Positions 10,983 to 20,326 of a stretch of 64,000 nt of DNA are shown piece by piece. Origin of the DNA: Rickettsiales bacterium. Its GTDB lineage: Bacteria; Pseudomonadota; Alphaproteobacteria; Rs-D84. The stretch covers positions 23,571 to 87,570 of the forward strand of contig JAISAB010000024.1 of NCBI GenBank assembly GCA_031266915.1, read 5' to 3'. The notes below the pieces were generated by a model, which saw nothing but the letters and a program-made list of their open reading frames with translations, did not search any database and had not been told where the DNA came from. The first letter of the stretch is position 1; each line of letters starts with the position of its first letter. The translations under genes were made by a program, and so were the position numbers.

Positions 10983-11249
10983 CATAAAAAGCAATGAGTT
11001 AGTTCTAGTATTCAACAGACATCGAATATATCTTTTACGACCCAGTGTAGGAGTGCATATTTGCGCTACTACGGCAAAGTACAAAAGGTACATTCGATGT
11101 CGCTTGAGCAAATCAGAAATCCAAAAAACGGTACTAAATTTGCCTTGGTGCTTGTTCTTGAAAATATTTTCCCTACGATTCTGGGTATTACAAAAAGTAA
11201 AGCGAAAAATACGAAAAAAATCATTTTTTTATAATGATGAATTTTAAAA

Positions 11250-11298
11250 ATATCTATATATTGTTAACAAACAACAAAAACGATTCTATATATTGTAA
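11250..11298 (+). promoter_or_regulatory. tandem NrdR-box-like operators upstream of nrdD
   Basis: Two near-identical boxes, ATCTATATATTGT (about 11252) and TTCTATATATTGT (about 11284), lie 32 bp apart centre to centre. They match the core of the NrdR box consensus CwAtATaTwG. Confidence 0.55.
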
Positions 11299-11327
11299 TT
11301 TGGTCGAATCGGTCAGGAAATGAAAAA

Positions 11328-13355
11328 ATGGCACAAACAGACAATAATCAATCAAATATTACGTCGGGCAAGCTGTCTTGCGGTTTGACAACGGTGAAAA
11401 AACGCGACGGGGAAATCGCTCCATTCGACGCGACGCGAATCTATAACGCGATTAACAAGGCGGCGGCTGCCACGGCAGAAATCGGCGCGGCCGAGGTTTT
11501 GAACATGACCCGCTATGCGCTGGGCAAGCTGGAGGAAAAATTCACCGCCATCGTGCCGACGATTGAAGATATACAAGACGTCGTCGTCCAGACCTTGATG
11601 GATTTGCGTGCATACAAAACGGCCCAGGCCTATATCGTCTATCGTCAAAAGCGCAGCGAAATCAGAAACTCGATGGTCGACGCGGTCGAGGTTATAGATG
11701 GCTATGTCGGCTCGCATGACTGGCGGATTAAGGAAAACGCTAATATCGGATATTCAATCGGCGGAATGATTTTGCGCACCACCGAACGCATTACCGCCGA
11801 ATACTGGCTGAGCATATATCCAAAGGCCGCTGGCGACGCGCACCGGACCGCCGCGCTGCATATCCATGACTTGGGGTGGCTGACCGGATACTGCGCTGGA
11901 TGGTCCCTGCGTGAATTATTGTACGAGGGATTCAACGGCGTCGCCGGATACCTGCAATGCAAGCCCGCCAAGCACATGGCGACGGCCGTGTCGCATATGG
12001 TCAATTTCCTGGGCACGCTGCAGAACGAATTCGCGGGCGCCCAGGCCTTTTCGTCCGTCGACACGTATCTGGCGCCGTACGTTCGTTTGGACAATCTTAC
12101 GTACGAAGACGTCAAAAGCGCGATGCAGACGCTGATATTCAACTGCGCGGTGCCGTGCCGCTGGGGAACCCAGACGCCGTTTATCAACTTTACGTTCGAC
12201 TGGGTTTGCCCGGAAGATTTGAAGAATCAAAAACCCTTTGTCGGCCGGGAACATATGCCATTTACCTATGGCGATTTGCAGGCCGAAATGGACACAATCA
12301 ATCGCGCGTTTATCGATGTCATGACCGCCGGCGACGCGCACGGCCGGCCGTTTACCTTTCCGATTCCGACGTACAACATCACGCCGGATTTCCCCTGGTC
12401 GCATCCGAATGTAAAGCCTTTGTTCGAATTGGCCGCGAAGTACGGAATTCCGAATTTTCAGAACTTTCTGAATTCCGATTTGAATCCGACGGACGTTCGT
12501 TCGATGTGCTGCCGGCTGCAGCTGGACGTGCGCGAGTTGTTAAAGCGCGGCGGCGGCTTGTTCGGCAGTGCCGAAAAGACGGGTTCCATCGGCGTCGTGA
12601 CGATGAATCTGGCGCGGCTGGGATATATGAACAAGGGCGACCGCGACGGATTGTTCGCCGAATTGAAAAGGCTGCTGGACCTGGCGCGCGACACGTTGGA
12701 AATCAAACGCGATATTATTTCGAAAAATATGGAGCGCGGCCTGTACCCGTTCACCAAGCGCTATTTGGGCAATTGGAACCATCACTTTTCCACCATCGGC
12801 GTCAACGGCGCGAACGAAATGGTTTTGAATTTTACCGGCGGCGCCGATAATATCGCGACAGATTTCGGCCGGCAATTGGTCCTGGACGTCATGGACTTTA
12901 TTCGCGGCAACCTGGCCGATTACCAGGAACAAACCGGCAACCTTTATAATCTTGAGGCGACGCCGGCCGAGGGCTGTTCATACCGCTTTGCAAAAACCGA
13001 CGTCAGGAATTTCCCCGATATTATCACGGCTGGAACGCCTGACGCGCCGTACTACACGAATTCGACACAGTTGCCGGTGAATTATACCGACGACCCGTTT
13101 GTCGCCTTGGAACACCAGGAACCCTTTCAGCGCAAATATACCGGCGGCACGATGTTTCATCTGTATATGGGCGAGCCCGTATCCACCGGCGACGCCGCGC
13201 AAAAAATCGTCAAGACCATATTCGAGAACTACAAGCTGCCGTATATGACGCTGACGCCGACATTCTCGATTTGCCCGAAACACGGATACCTGCCGGGCAA
13301 GTACGAGTTCTGTCCGAAATGCGACGCTGAATTGAATGTCGCGAACAAAATATAA
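11328..13355 (+). CDS. nrdD: anaerobic ribonucleoside-triphosphate reductase, large part (ends after the Zn ribbon)
   Basis: It has an N-terminal ATP-cone (VKKRDGEIAPFDATRIYNAINKA), the active-site context SMCCRLQLD and a C-terminal CPKHGY..CPKC ribbon. No glycyl-radical motif is present in this ORF. Confidence 0.9.
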   Translation: MAQTDNNQSNITSGKLSCGLTTVKKRDGEIAPFDATRIYNAINKAAAATAEIGAAEVLNMTRYALGKLEEKFTAIVPTIEDIQDVVVQTLMDLRAYKTAQAYIVYRQKRSEIRNSMVDAVEVIDGYVGSHDWRIKENANIGYSIGGMILRTTERITAEYWLSIYPKAAGDAHRTAALHIHDLGWLTGYCAGWSLRELLYEGFNGVAGYLQCKPAKHMATAVSHMVNFLGTLQNEFAGAQAFSSVDTYLAPYVRLDNLTYEDVKSAMQTLIFNCAVPCRWGTQTPFINFTFDWVCPEDLKNQKPFVGREHMPFTYGDLQAEMDTINRAFIDVMTAGDAHGRPFTFPIPTYNITPDFPWSHPNVKPLFELAAKYGIPNFQNFLNSDLNPTDVRSMCCRLQLDVRELLKRGGGLFGSAEKTGSIGVVTMNLARLGYMNKGDRDGLFAELKRLLDLARDTLEIKRDIISKNMERGLYPFTKRYLGNWNHHFSTIGVNGANEMVLNFTGGADNIATDFGRQLVLDVMDFIRGNLADYQEQTGNLYNLEATPAEGCSYRFAKTDVRNFPDIITAGTPDAPYYTNSTQLPVNYTDDPFVALEHQEPFQRKYTGGTMFHLYMGEPVSTGDAAQKIVKTIFENYKLPYMTLTPTFSICPKHGYLPGKYEFCPKCDAELNVANKI

Positions 13356-13375
13356 AAAAATAAAGGAGAAAAATA

Positions 13376-13564
13376 ATGAATGACAATATCGCGCCGCAAA
13401 GAACAAAATGCGAAATCTTTTCCCGTTCGATGGGATTTATCCGACCGGTCCAGCATTTCAATATCGGCAAGTATTCCGAATTCTGCGAGCGCAAGACATT
13501 CACCGAAAACAACAGCCTGTCCGCTGGTCAAAGGCATATCGCGCTGTTGAAAAAGGCCGCGTAA
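13376..13564 (+). CDS. stand-alone NrdD glycyl-radical domain protein (62 aa)
   Basis: EIFSRSMGFIRPVQHFNIGKYSEFCERKTF matches the class III RNR glycyl-radical signature [ST]RxxG[YF]xRPVxx[WF]NxGKxxE[FY]x[DE]RK. It has its own AAGGAG Shine-Dalgarno 8 nt upstream of the ATG. Confidence 0.7.
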   Translation: MNDNIAPQRTKCEIFSRSMGFIRPVQHFNIGKYSEFCERKTFTENNSLSAGQRHIALLKKAA

Positions 13565-13570
13565 TAAAAT

Positions 13571-14272
13571 ATGAATCCGATTCAAATCGGCGGCCTGGCG
13601 CCGTTCACGACAATCGATTATCCGGGCCGGCTGGCCGCGGTTCTGTTTCTGCGCGGATGCCCGATACGGTGCGCCTATTGTTCCAATCCGCATTTGCTGG
13701 AAATCGGCGACGGCGAATACGACCCGGATAAAATTATCGAATGGCTGAACGCCCGCCGCGGAAAATTAGAGGCGGTCGTTTTTTCAGGCGGTGAGGCGCT
13801 GATGCAGCGCGACGCCGCGATTGATTATATGGCGCGCGTCCGCGATATGGGCTTTGCAATCGGGCTGCATACGAACGGTTTTTATCCCGAGGCCTTGGAA
13901 TGTGCGCTGGGCGTTATCGATTGGGTCGGATTGGATTTCAAGGCGACCCGGGCGGGGTATCCGAAACTGACGGGCGCGGCGCCGGCCTATGAAAGAATGA
14001 TGGCCAGCCTGGATATTTTGCAGCGCGCCGGCACGGATTTCGAGGTTCGAATTACCTGCGACCCGCGGTTTGTCACAAAATCGGATTTGCTGGAAATCGC
14101 GGATATATTGCGGGCCCGCGACGTTAAAAAAATTGCGCTGCAGAAATATATTCCGCATTTCGAATCGGACGATAACAAGACGACGGCCGAATCCCGCGAG
14201 CAATTTTTCAACGACGAATCCATTCGGGATAAATTGAATGGCATGTTCATATCGGTTGACTGGCGCGAATAA
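13571..14272 (+). CDS. nrdG: anaerobic ribonucleotide reductase activating protein (radical SAM)
   Basis: It carries the CxxxCxxC cluster motif GCPIRCAYCSNPH and the N-terminal FTTIDYPG. It lies immediately downstream of nrdD. Confidence 0.9.
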   Translation: MNPIQIGGLAPFTTIDYPGRLAAVLFLRGCPIRCAYCSNPHLLEIGDGEYDPDKIIEWLNARRGKLEAVVFSGGEALMQRDAAIDYMARVRDMGFAIGLHTNGFYPEALECALGVIDWVGLDFKATRAGYPKLTGAAPAYERMMASLDILQRAGTDFEVRITCDPRFVTKSDLLEIADILRARDVKKIALQKYIPHFESDDNKTTAESREQFFNDESIRDKLNGMFISVDWRE

Positions 14273-14436
14273 CTGGCATAAGGCGGCATATTTTGCTCGG
14301 CTGAGCGTTTTTTGCTTTTAAAAATAAGATTTTATGCTATAATTAGACATCTACCTTCTGTTCAGGAGAGACAAATTGCAACATTTTTCATCAATTTTGA
14401 CCAATTTTTTCGCTGTCCGCGATAAAACTGTTTTTA

Positions 14437-14451
14437 CCCCCCCCCCCCCCC
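14437..14451 (+). repeat. homopolymeric C15 tract
   Basis: I counted 15 consecutive C directly in the sequence. The tract lies 17 nt upstream of the TTG that opens ORF 14468 and 67 nt upstream of the first ATG (14519). Confidence 0.95.
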
Positions 14452-14467
14452 GCACAAAACTAGTGCT

Positions 14468-15166
14468 TTGTCAATAGTTGGTGCGACCAAAGCTTGTCGC
14501 AAAGCGGCGGCTATCACTATGTTTGTTTTATTTATCGTTGGGATGGTGGCGCCTGCGCTGGCGTCTGTTGCCGCCAAAACCTATGTCGACAACGGGTTGG
14601 TTGCGAAAATGAACGCCGCGCCGGACAACGGAACGGCCGGTCAGATTCTGACGACGAACGGGGACGGTTCGGTCAAGTGGGTTTCCGGCGCCTCGCCCGA
14701 GATATTACAGGCCGTCTATCCCGTCGGCGCGATTTATATATCCACCGCCAACACAAATCCGGGAACTCTGTTCGGATTCGGCACCTGGGAGAGGTTCGGA
14801 AACGGCCGCGCATTGGTGGGCGTCAATGAAAGCGACACCGATTTTAGTTCCGTCCAGAAGATGGGCGGCGCGAAAACGCATACCTTGGCCGCGACCGAAA
14901 TGCCCAGCCACAATCATTCCGGAACGGCCCAAAGCGCCGGGGGGCATCAGCATATTTTCCCGGGGGCGGATTGGGATTCGGGCTGGGGGAGGGGCACAGA
15001 GAACCAGATTCAATGGAGAACTGACGGCGTAAAGGGATGGAATTGGCCTGTGAGTTATGCGGGCGAACATACCCATACGCTTTCAATCGGCAACACCGGC
15101 GGCGGTAGGGCGCACAACAATATGCAGCCCTATATAACGGTCTACATCTGGCGCCGGTCGGCATAA
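14468..15166 (+). CDS. phage tail-fibre / baseplate-like secreted protein
   Basis: The motif block YPVGAIYISTANTNPGTLFGFGTWERFG...GGAKTHTLAATEMPSHNH is typical of phage tail-fibre/collar C-terminal domains. The N-terminal GTAGQILTTNGDGSVKWVS is also tail-fibre-like. The probable start is ATG 14519, giving the signal-like MFVLFIVGMVAPALASVAA. Confidence 0.7.
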   Translation: MSIVGATKACRKAAAITMFVLFIVGMVAPALASVAAKTYVDNGLVAKMNAAPDNGTAGQILTTNGDGSVKWVSGASPEILQAVYPVGAIYISTANTNPGTLFGFGTWERFGNGRALVGVNESDTDFSSVQKMGGAKTHTLAATEMPSHNHSGTAQSAGGHQHIFPGADWDSGWGRGTENQIQWRTDGVKGWNWPVSYAGEHTHTLSIGNTGGGRAHNNMQPYITVYIWRRSA

Positions 15167-15364
15167 AAGTCAGCAATGTCGGCAAAGAAAACAACCGGCG
15201 CAAGAATTGACAGAGGTATAGATGTTAGAATATAAAGTAATATTCAACCTTGGGTTGAATAAAGAGGGGGTATTCATGTTACTTGAACTAATAAAAAAAG
15301 CGATGCAAAATCTCCGCTATCCAGCAGTGGTTTTGCATCACTTGCCTGAAGTATATACAAATAT

Positions 15365-15763
15365 TCAATGAAAGTCAAGAATTTTACTATCTTTTGTAAT
15401 TATCATAATTCGTTGTATCTTGTTGCCATGTTGTAATGAAAATTCTCGTTTTATCTTTGATATTGCAACTTTTTCATCCAATCCGATTCGCCGCAAATCA
15501 AAAATTATGTTTTCAGATTGTTTTTGTGCTTTTCGAAAATTATTTTCGACTGTTCTTTTACTGTTGCCGCAAGGCGATTTAATTTCCCAGTACTGACCGT
15601 CCATCAATAAATCCGGCGTAAAAATACCTTTTGCATAAACAGGAGACAAGAATTCTATATTCTTACCCATACCCGCCAAACTACTGGCTGTTTCCAGTTC
15701 ATGCCGTTCTGGGATTACACCCGCAGGAATGATAATTTTGCCAAGTTGAATCGCTTTTTTCAT
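15365..15763 (-). CDS. PD-(D/E)xK nuclease-like protein
   Basis: 132 aa. The motif FTPDLLMDGQYWEIKSP fits PD...(D/E)xK and resembles small toxin-type nuclease domains. This is motif-level evidence only. Confidence 0.5.
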   Translation of the reverse strand: MKKAIQLGKIIIPAGVIPERHELETASSLAGMGKNIEFLSPVYAKGIFTPDLLMDGQYWEIKSPCGNSKRTVENNFRKAQKQSENIIFDLRRIGLDEKVAISKIKREFSLQHGNKIQRIMIITKDSKILDFH

Positions 15764-16261
15764 GGTTTATATTATGCCACGAATTCGAACGACCTACAAT
15801 GATAAATTCCTGGTCGGACGATTTTGGAACTTATCCCACAGAAATCTTGGAATCGTCAATGCGGTCTGGTACCAAGATTAGTATCGCACTGGGCCCCGTC
15901 CTGCGACGGGGCACTCAATTTTTGTAAATGGCTGCGCCATTAACTAAAATTGGTGGCTGGAAAAAATAAACAACTTTATAACTTCCGAGCCTGCGATTTT
16001 TACTAATTTAACCAATCAAATCCTTAATTTCAAGGAAAAATTGAAAACGGAGGATCCTACAACCTATGCATTAATGAAATTATAGGGTATCGGTGAACTT
16101 TGCCGACTCCGCTCGGGTCGTTTCCGATTTCAATAAGAACCCTCCGTTAACGCTTCACAAGGTCGTTATCGTTCCATAGAAACCCTATTTTTTGCACAAA
16201 GTCGTAGAGGACCAATTTTTTATTGAATCTCAGTTCTATATTACAACCAGAGGTTGAAATT

Positions 16262-16522
16262 ATGAAAATTGAGAAAATAGATATTGTTGTTGAAATCCCA
16301 CTTGATTTGTCCCAAGACCAGAAATTGCGGAGGAGTGCATACGTTGTGGCCGAAATACTAAAAAACCGAGATTGGAATCAAGAGATTGAAAAGAAAATAA
16401 CCATTCGCAACAAAAAAGCGACTGGATCCCCTATAATTGAATTACACGCGGTTTTAAGCCCCAGTATGGCAAGGGATGATTTGGCGGCACTGGCGGCAAA
16501 ATTCATGGATTTGATTAAATGA
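16262..16522 (+). CDS. hypothetical protein
   Basis: The ATG at 16262 (MKIEKIDIVVEIP) lies inside ORF 16223..16522. No motif was recognised. Confidence 0.4.
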   Translation: MKIEKIDIVVEIPLDLSQDQKLRRSAYVVAEILKNRDWNQEIEKKITIRNKKATGSPIIELHAVLSPSMARDDLAALAAKFMDLIK

Positions 16523-16739
16523 CTCCTTGGCGGATTACGTGCCTTTACGTGCGAGCGCGTGGAAAAATGTGTATTTTTTAGTAAGAATGGCGGATTTCTG
16601 CGATTTATTTGTATCGCTTCAACAAAAATTTTGCAAAACCTTTAATTATCTCACACTTTTCTGCAAAAGCAAGCGAATATTTGTGGATTCTTACTGAAAA
16701 AGTTTTCTGAAAAGGTGAAAAAAACTCGTTCTAGTATAT

Positions 16740-17297
16740 ATGCATGGGCTAATTCGCATATTGAAAAACTGGAACGGTATTCCCAAACACAGCGTTGGGG
16801 TAATTGTTGAACGCGCCCTTGAAACCGCCAGGGTCAATTTTATTGGGCCAGACCGCATAGAATACGTTCCATGGGATTTTGTCGTTGAATTTGACCTCGG
16901 CACAAAAGACGATTCCCACAGAGTCTGCGCTACATGCCACCGGTATTTACCAATTAAAAATTTCAAGCCGAACCGAACCACTGCTGATGGCAGAATAGTC
17001 CGCCGACCACATTGTAAGGACTGCCAAAAAGAAATTGACAGAAAGCCGGTAAGCTCCAAAGACCGCAAAGAATGGAATGAATCAAAACCGCCTAATTATC
17101 AAGTTTGGGAATGCCCGATATGCGGAAAGAAGCTGATTCCTGGTTTGACCTGCATACCAAATCTAGACCACGACCACAAAACGGGCAAAGTGCGTGGCTG
17201 GGTATGCGGAACCTGCAATACAGGCATGGGCAAGTTTAATGACAGTCCAGGGATGCTAAAACGCGCGATGGATTGGATTAAACGGATGCAGACCTAA
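16740..17297 (+). CDS. recombination endonuclease VII-family (HNH-like) protein
   Basis: The C-terminal NLDHDHKTGKVRGWVCGTCNTGMGKF matches the endonuclease VII signature DHDHxTGxxRGxLCxxCNxxxG. An upstream CxxC...CxxC zinc motif is also present. Confidence 0.7.
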   Translation: MHGLIRILKNWNGIPKHSVGVIVERALETARVNFIGPDRIEYVPWDFVVEFDLGTKDDSHRVCATCHRYLPIKNFKPNRTTADGRIVRRPHCKDCQKEIDRKPVSSKDRKEWNESKPPNYQVWECPICGKKLIPGLTCIPNLDHDHKTGKVRGWVCGTCNTGMGKFNDSPGMLKRAMDWIKRMQT

Positions 17298-17616
17298 TTA
17301 CGCGGATACTGAACGCGACCTTGGGAATCTTGCGTAAACAAGGGCTACATGCAAGCGGCATTATTACAGGTAAAGACTCACCATGGTCGTATCTGTAATT
17401 TTATCGGATATTATTGGTATGACTCATTGGGCGACCCCGCTGTCCCCAAGTAGAGTTTTATACTTATAAGGAGATAAAAATATGAAGACAGCAAAATACA
17501 CATAAACACCAACCATTCAGATTTACATCCAGAATGTAATAACGGAAAAATATATAACCCCGCCCTTTACGTCATTCTGCGTATTCTCGGGTCATTACAA
17601 TTAAAGAGAAACCATT

Positions 17617-18102
17617 ATGAATTACCATCCTGAACAAACTGAAAAAGTTCAACAAATCATAAACGACTGGCTGGATGAATTTATGTTCAGTCATTATTTC
17701 ACAATCAAAGTTCCATTGGGTGCGTATAAATCGGGGTTTGATGGGTCTTATAAAATCCTGCGTAAAATCGTAAAACGCTTTGAGAAAGAATTGGTCGGCA
17801 GGCACTGGAATAAAAATCCAGTTCATTTTATCGGTATAGCGGAATTAGGGGAACGAAAAATCTGGCACTGGCACCTGTTATTGTGGGGGCATAAATATAC
17901 GGACGAGCAATTACAAACCGCGCTAATCAAAACACGCGACTATATGGAGTTATCCGAAAATACGTTGGATATACGCCCGATAACCTATACCCCAAGTCGT
18001 CTGAACGGATATAATACCAAAGAAATTATAGCGGATCATCATGGACGATTTAATACCGACAGAATTATATGTTCGGATATTATTTTTGACCTGCCAGATT
18101 AA
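17617..18102 (+). CDS. HUH-superfamily rolling-circle Rep / relaxase-like protein
   Basis: Motif 1 is YFTIKV, the HUH motif is HWHLLLW and a YxxK motif is present (GYNTKE). The protein is 161 aa. Confidence 0.5.
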   Translation: MNYHPEQTEKVQQIINDWLDEFMFSHYFTIKVPLGAYKSGFDGSYKILRKIVKRFEKELVGRHWNKNPVHFIGIAELGERKIWHWHLLLWGHKYTDEQLQTALIKTRDYMELSENTLDIRPITYTPSRLNGYNTKEIIADHHGRFNTDRIICSDIIFDLPD

Positions 18103-18373
18103 CCCCCAAGTAAACCAGTCCGAACCACTGCTGGCATATATCTAAAATTTGATTGTAATTTTTGTCTTTGAGTTCGGACTTGAATATATCGATTTCCGCA
18201 TCGTCTAAATAATCCCGAGCGAGTTGATTACATAACCATAAAATATAAAATACGTTTCCTTGGGGGCTCAACAGGTCAATCACTATCCTGGTCGGTATTC
18301 GTGCCGAATTTATTTTGTTTTGGTTTTTCTTTATGGCACGAAGTTTCTTTTTAAGCGAATTTATAGTTTCCAT
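18080..18373 (-). CDS. hypothetical protein
   Basis: ORF 18080..18409, with a likely start at METINSLKKK. It is the last gene of the minus-strand string that begins with the OLD nuclease. Confidence 0.4.
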   Translation of the reverse strand: METINSLKKKLRAIKKNQNKINSARIPTRIVIDLLSPQGNVFYILWLCNQLARDYLDDAEIDIFKSELKDKNYNQILDICQQWFGLVYLGVNLAGQK

Positions 18374-18384
18374 TTTCCAACCTG

Positions 18385-18579
18385 TTATTTTTGTATATCG
18401 CGAATCCAACGACCATTCGCGTCAAATAAATGATTATGGGTTGAAAATGAATTTGAATTGGTTATAACATAGTCCGCACTATACGAAACTAATTGACCCG
18501 ACACCCTTGCGTATTCGCGGTTGTTTTCGTCATATAAACTGACTTGATTTCCGGACTGACGGACGTATGCGATTTTCAT
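18385..18579 (-). CDS. hypothetical small protein
   Basis: 64 aa (MKIAYVRQSGNQVSLYDENN...). Only 11 nt separate it from the next gene downstream. Confidence 0.4.
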   Translation of the reverse strand: MKIAYVRQSGNQVSLYDENNREYARVSGQLVSYSADYVITNSNSFSTHNHLFDANGRWIRDIQK

Positions 18580-18679
18580 TTTTTACCCTTTGGTTATAAC
18601 GATTCTATATCGCGTAAAGGGTGGTCGCACAGGTAAAAATGAGTATTAAAAAAGCAGACCGAAATCTGCTTTTTCTTGT

Positions 18680-19657
18680 TTAATTTGATTTTTTATCGGC
18701 TGTCTTTTGTGATGATAATTTCTTTATATCTTGCTCAAATCCTGTTGTATCACACATATTGTCATTACCAAACTCTTTGATGTGTGCTTTGAATTGGGCT
18801 TCAAATGATCCTGCATACATTGAATTAGCATAAACATTTTCAAGGGGATTGTTCCCGATCCACGCACCGCCAACCACAGCATTTGCGTCATTTACTTTTT
18901 TAACCCCGTCTTTTAACATTGCGTTATATTCTTTTGGCATTTTATCCCGACAATGTTCCAATTTTCCTGCTTTCATAAATTGAACTATCTTGTTTATATC
19001 TTTTTCTTTGCATTTTTCTTTTTCATTGGTTGTCGCTTCTGCCAAATTATCACAATGGCCCGATTTTATAAGGGTTTTATAATAATAGGCAAGTTTATCA
19101 AAATTATCGTCAGAGCTTACTTTTGATTCTGTCGGCAAATACTTTTTATAATTAAAATAACAAACCTTGCTTGCTTTGGAATTATTTACAATTTCACGAC
19201 GTACCAAAATACATTCATCGCTATTGTCCGAGTATATGCCATAATTATTGTATTCTGTATAGTCTGCGGTTAAGCATTTTGCGCGATCGCCCAAAGTCGT
19301 AAATTCTTTAATGGCTTCGTCCATATTCATATATTCTTGATATTTGCCCTCTGGTACTATTTGTTTCAAACCCTCTCGTTCAAAGTGATAACAATTCGTA
19401 TTTATCAAACCCTTTGAACAACAATCTGTATTCCCCAAACCGACAGAAAACAATGAATCATAGACTTGTAATGTGGTAAATAAATCCCGCTCCAGCAATT
19501 TATTATTTACCGCATTAATGAATTCAATGTCTTTTTTATTTTGTATCTCTTTTCGTTCTTTTGCAGCGGATTCTGCTTTGGCTTGTAATTCCGCCGGGGT
19601 TGGGCCACAGGCAGACAATAAAGCAAGACCACAGAATATTAAAAATAGTTTTTTCAT
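18680..19657 (-). CDS. putative lipoprotein, Cys- and Lys-rich
   Basis: The start at MKKLFLIFCGLALLSACGP carries the lipobox LSAC. No enzymatic motif was recognised. Confidence 0.6.
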   Translation of the reverse strand: MKKLFLIFCGLALLSACGPTPAELQAKAESAAKERKEIQNKKDIEFINAVNNKLLERDLFTTLQVYDSLFSVGLGNTDCCSKGLINTNCYHFEREGLKQIVPEGKYQEYMNMDEAIKEFTTLGDRAKCLTADYTEYNNYGIYSDNSDECILVRREIVNNSKASKVCYFNYKKYLPTESKVSSDDNFDKLAYYYKTLIKSGHCDNLAEATTNEKEKCKEKDINKIVQFMKAGKLEHCRDKMPKEYNAMLKDGVKKVNDANAVVGGAWIGNNPLENVYANSMYAGSFEAQFKAHIKEFGNDNMCDTTGFEQDIKKLSSQKTADKKSN

Positions 19658-19676
19658 TTTATATCCTTTTGGGGCG

Positions 19677-19925
19677 TTATCTTGCAACGGTCGGGTCATA
19701 TTCTGGCTCTGGTCTTTTCGTAATAACTCGGTCTTTCCCATGGAATATTTCCAACGATTTTACATTCGCTTCCACAATAAGGTTTTTTATGCCGACTAAT
19801 CCGAGCCAAAACCCAATCGCAATGGCAATAAATCCAAAAATTAAAAATGCTTCATTATTATCGTAAAGCCCAATGGAAAAAAGACGACATCCTATAAATT
19901 CAAATAATCCGCATAATCCAAGCAT
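19677..19925 (-). CDS. small membrane protein (two predicted TM segments)
   Basis: 82 aa with the hydrophobic stretches LCGLFEFIGCRLFSIGL and AFLIFGFIAIAIGFWLGLVGI. Confidence 0.45.
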   Translation of the reverse strand: MLGLCGLFEFIGCRLFSIGLYDNNEAFLIFGFIAIAIGFWLGLVGIKNLIVEANVKSLEIFHGKDRVITKRPEPEYDPTVAR

Positions 19926-19972
19926 AAAACCCCAATTGCGAACTGGGTGAATTTTTGTTTTCGTTTTTCATT

Positions 19973-20314
19973 TCATACTCTTTTGTTTAATGAATAAAAC
20001 CACCAGTGCAAGACTGGCGGTCGGGTATTTTCAAAATCATATCTATGAATGATCCCGTGGCTTTCGGATAAACCTGTTGTATAACCACAGATACCCGACC
20101 CTAAGGTCAGGCGATAACGATGTGAAACATCACTATCTAAAAATCGGATAACGATGTTCTCACATCGCATAGATATAGGTTTTGAAAGACCCGAACCAAT
20201 GTCCCCACTGATTCTAAAATCAACATTGCTGTTGATTCTTGTTAGATTATATCCCGAATATGGTAAAAAGTAAACCGGAATTATTCTGTAATAAATCCGG
20301 TTTATTTGTATCAA
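19973..20314 (-). CDS. hypothetical protein downstream of the OLD nuclease
   Basis: 113 aa with a TTG start, 12 nt after the OLD stop codon. No motif was recognised. Confidence 0.35.
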   Translation of the reverse strand: MIQINRIYYRIIPVYFLPYSGYNLTRINSNVDFRISGDIGSGLSKPISMRCENIVIRFLDSDVSHRYRLTLGSGICGYTTGLSESHGIIHRYDFENTRPPVLHWWFYSLNKRV

Positions 20315-20326
20315 AATAAGTTGAAT

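Noticed and set aside
15170-15400. A direct repeat of the tRNA-Gln 3' end marking the left att site of the island
   Set aside because: I could not find any convincing copy of TGGTTGGGGCGCACGGATTCGAACC, or part of it, near the compositional boundary. The boundary is therefore reported as approximate.
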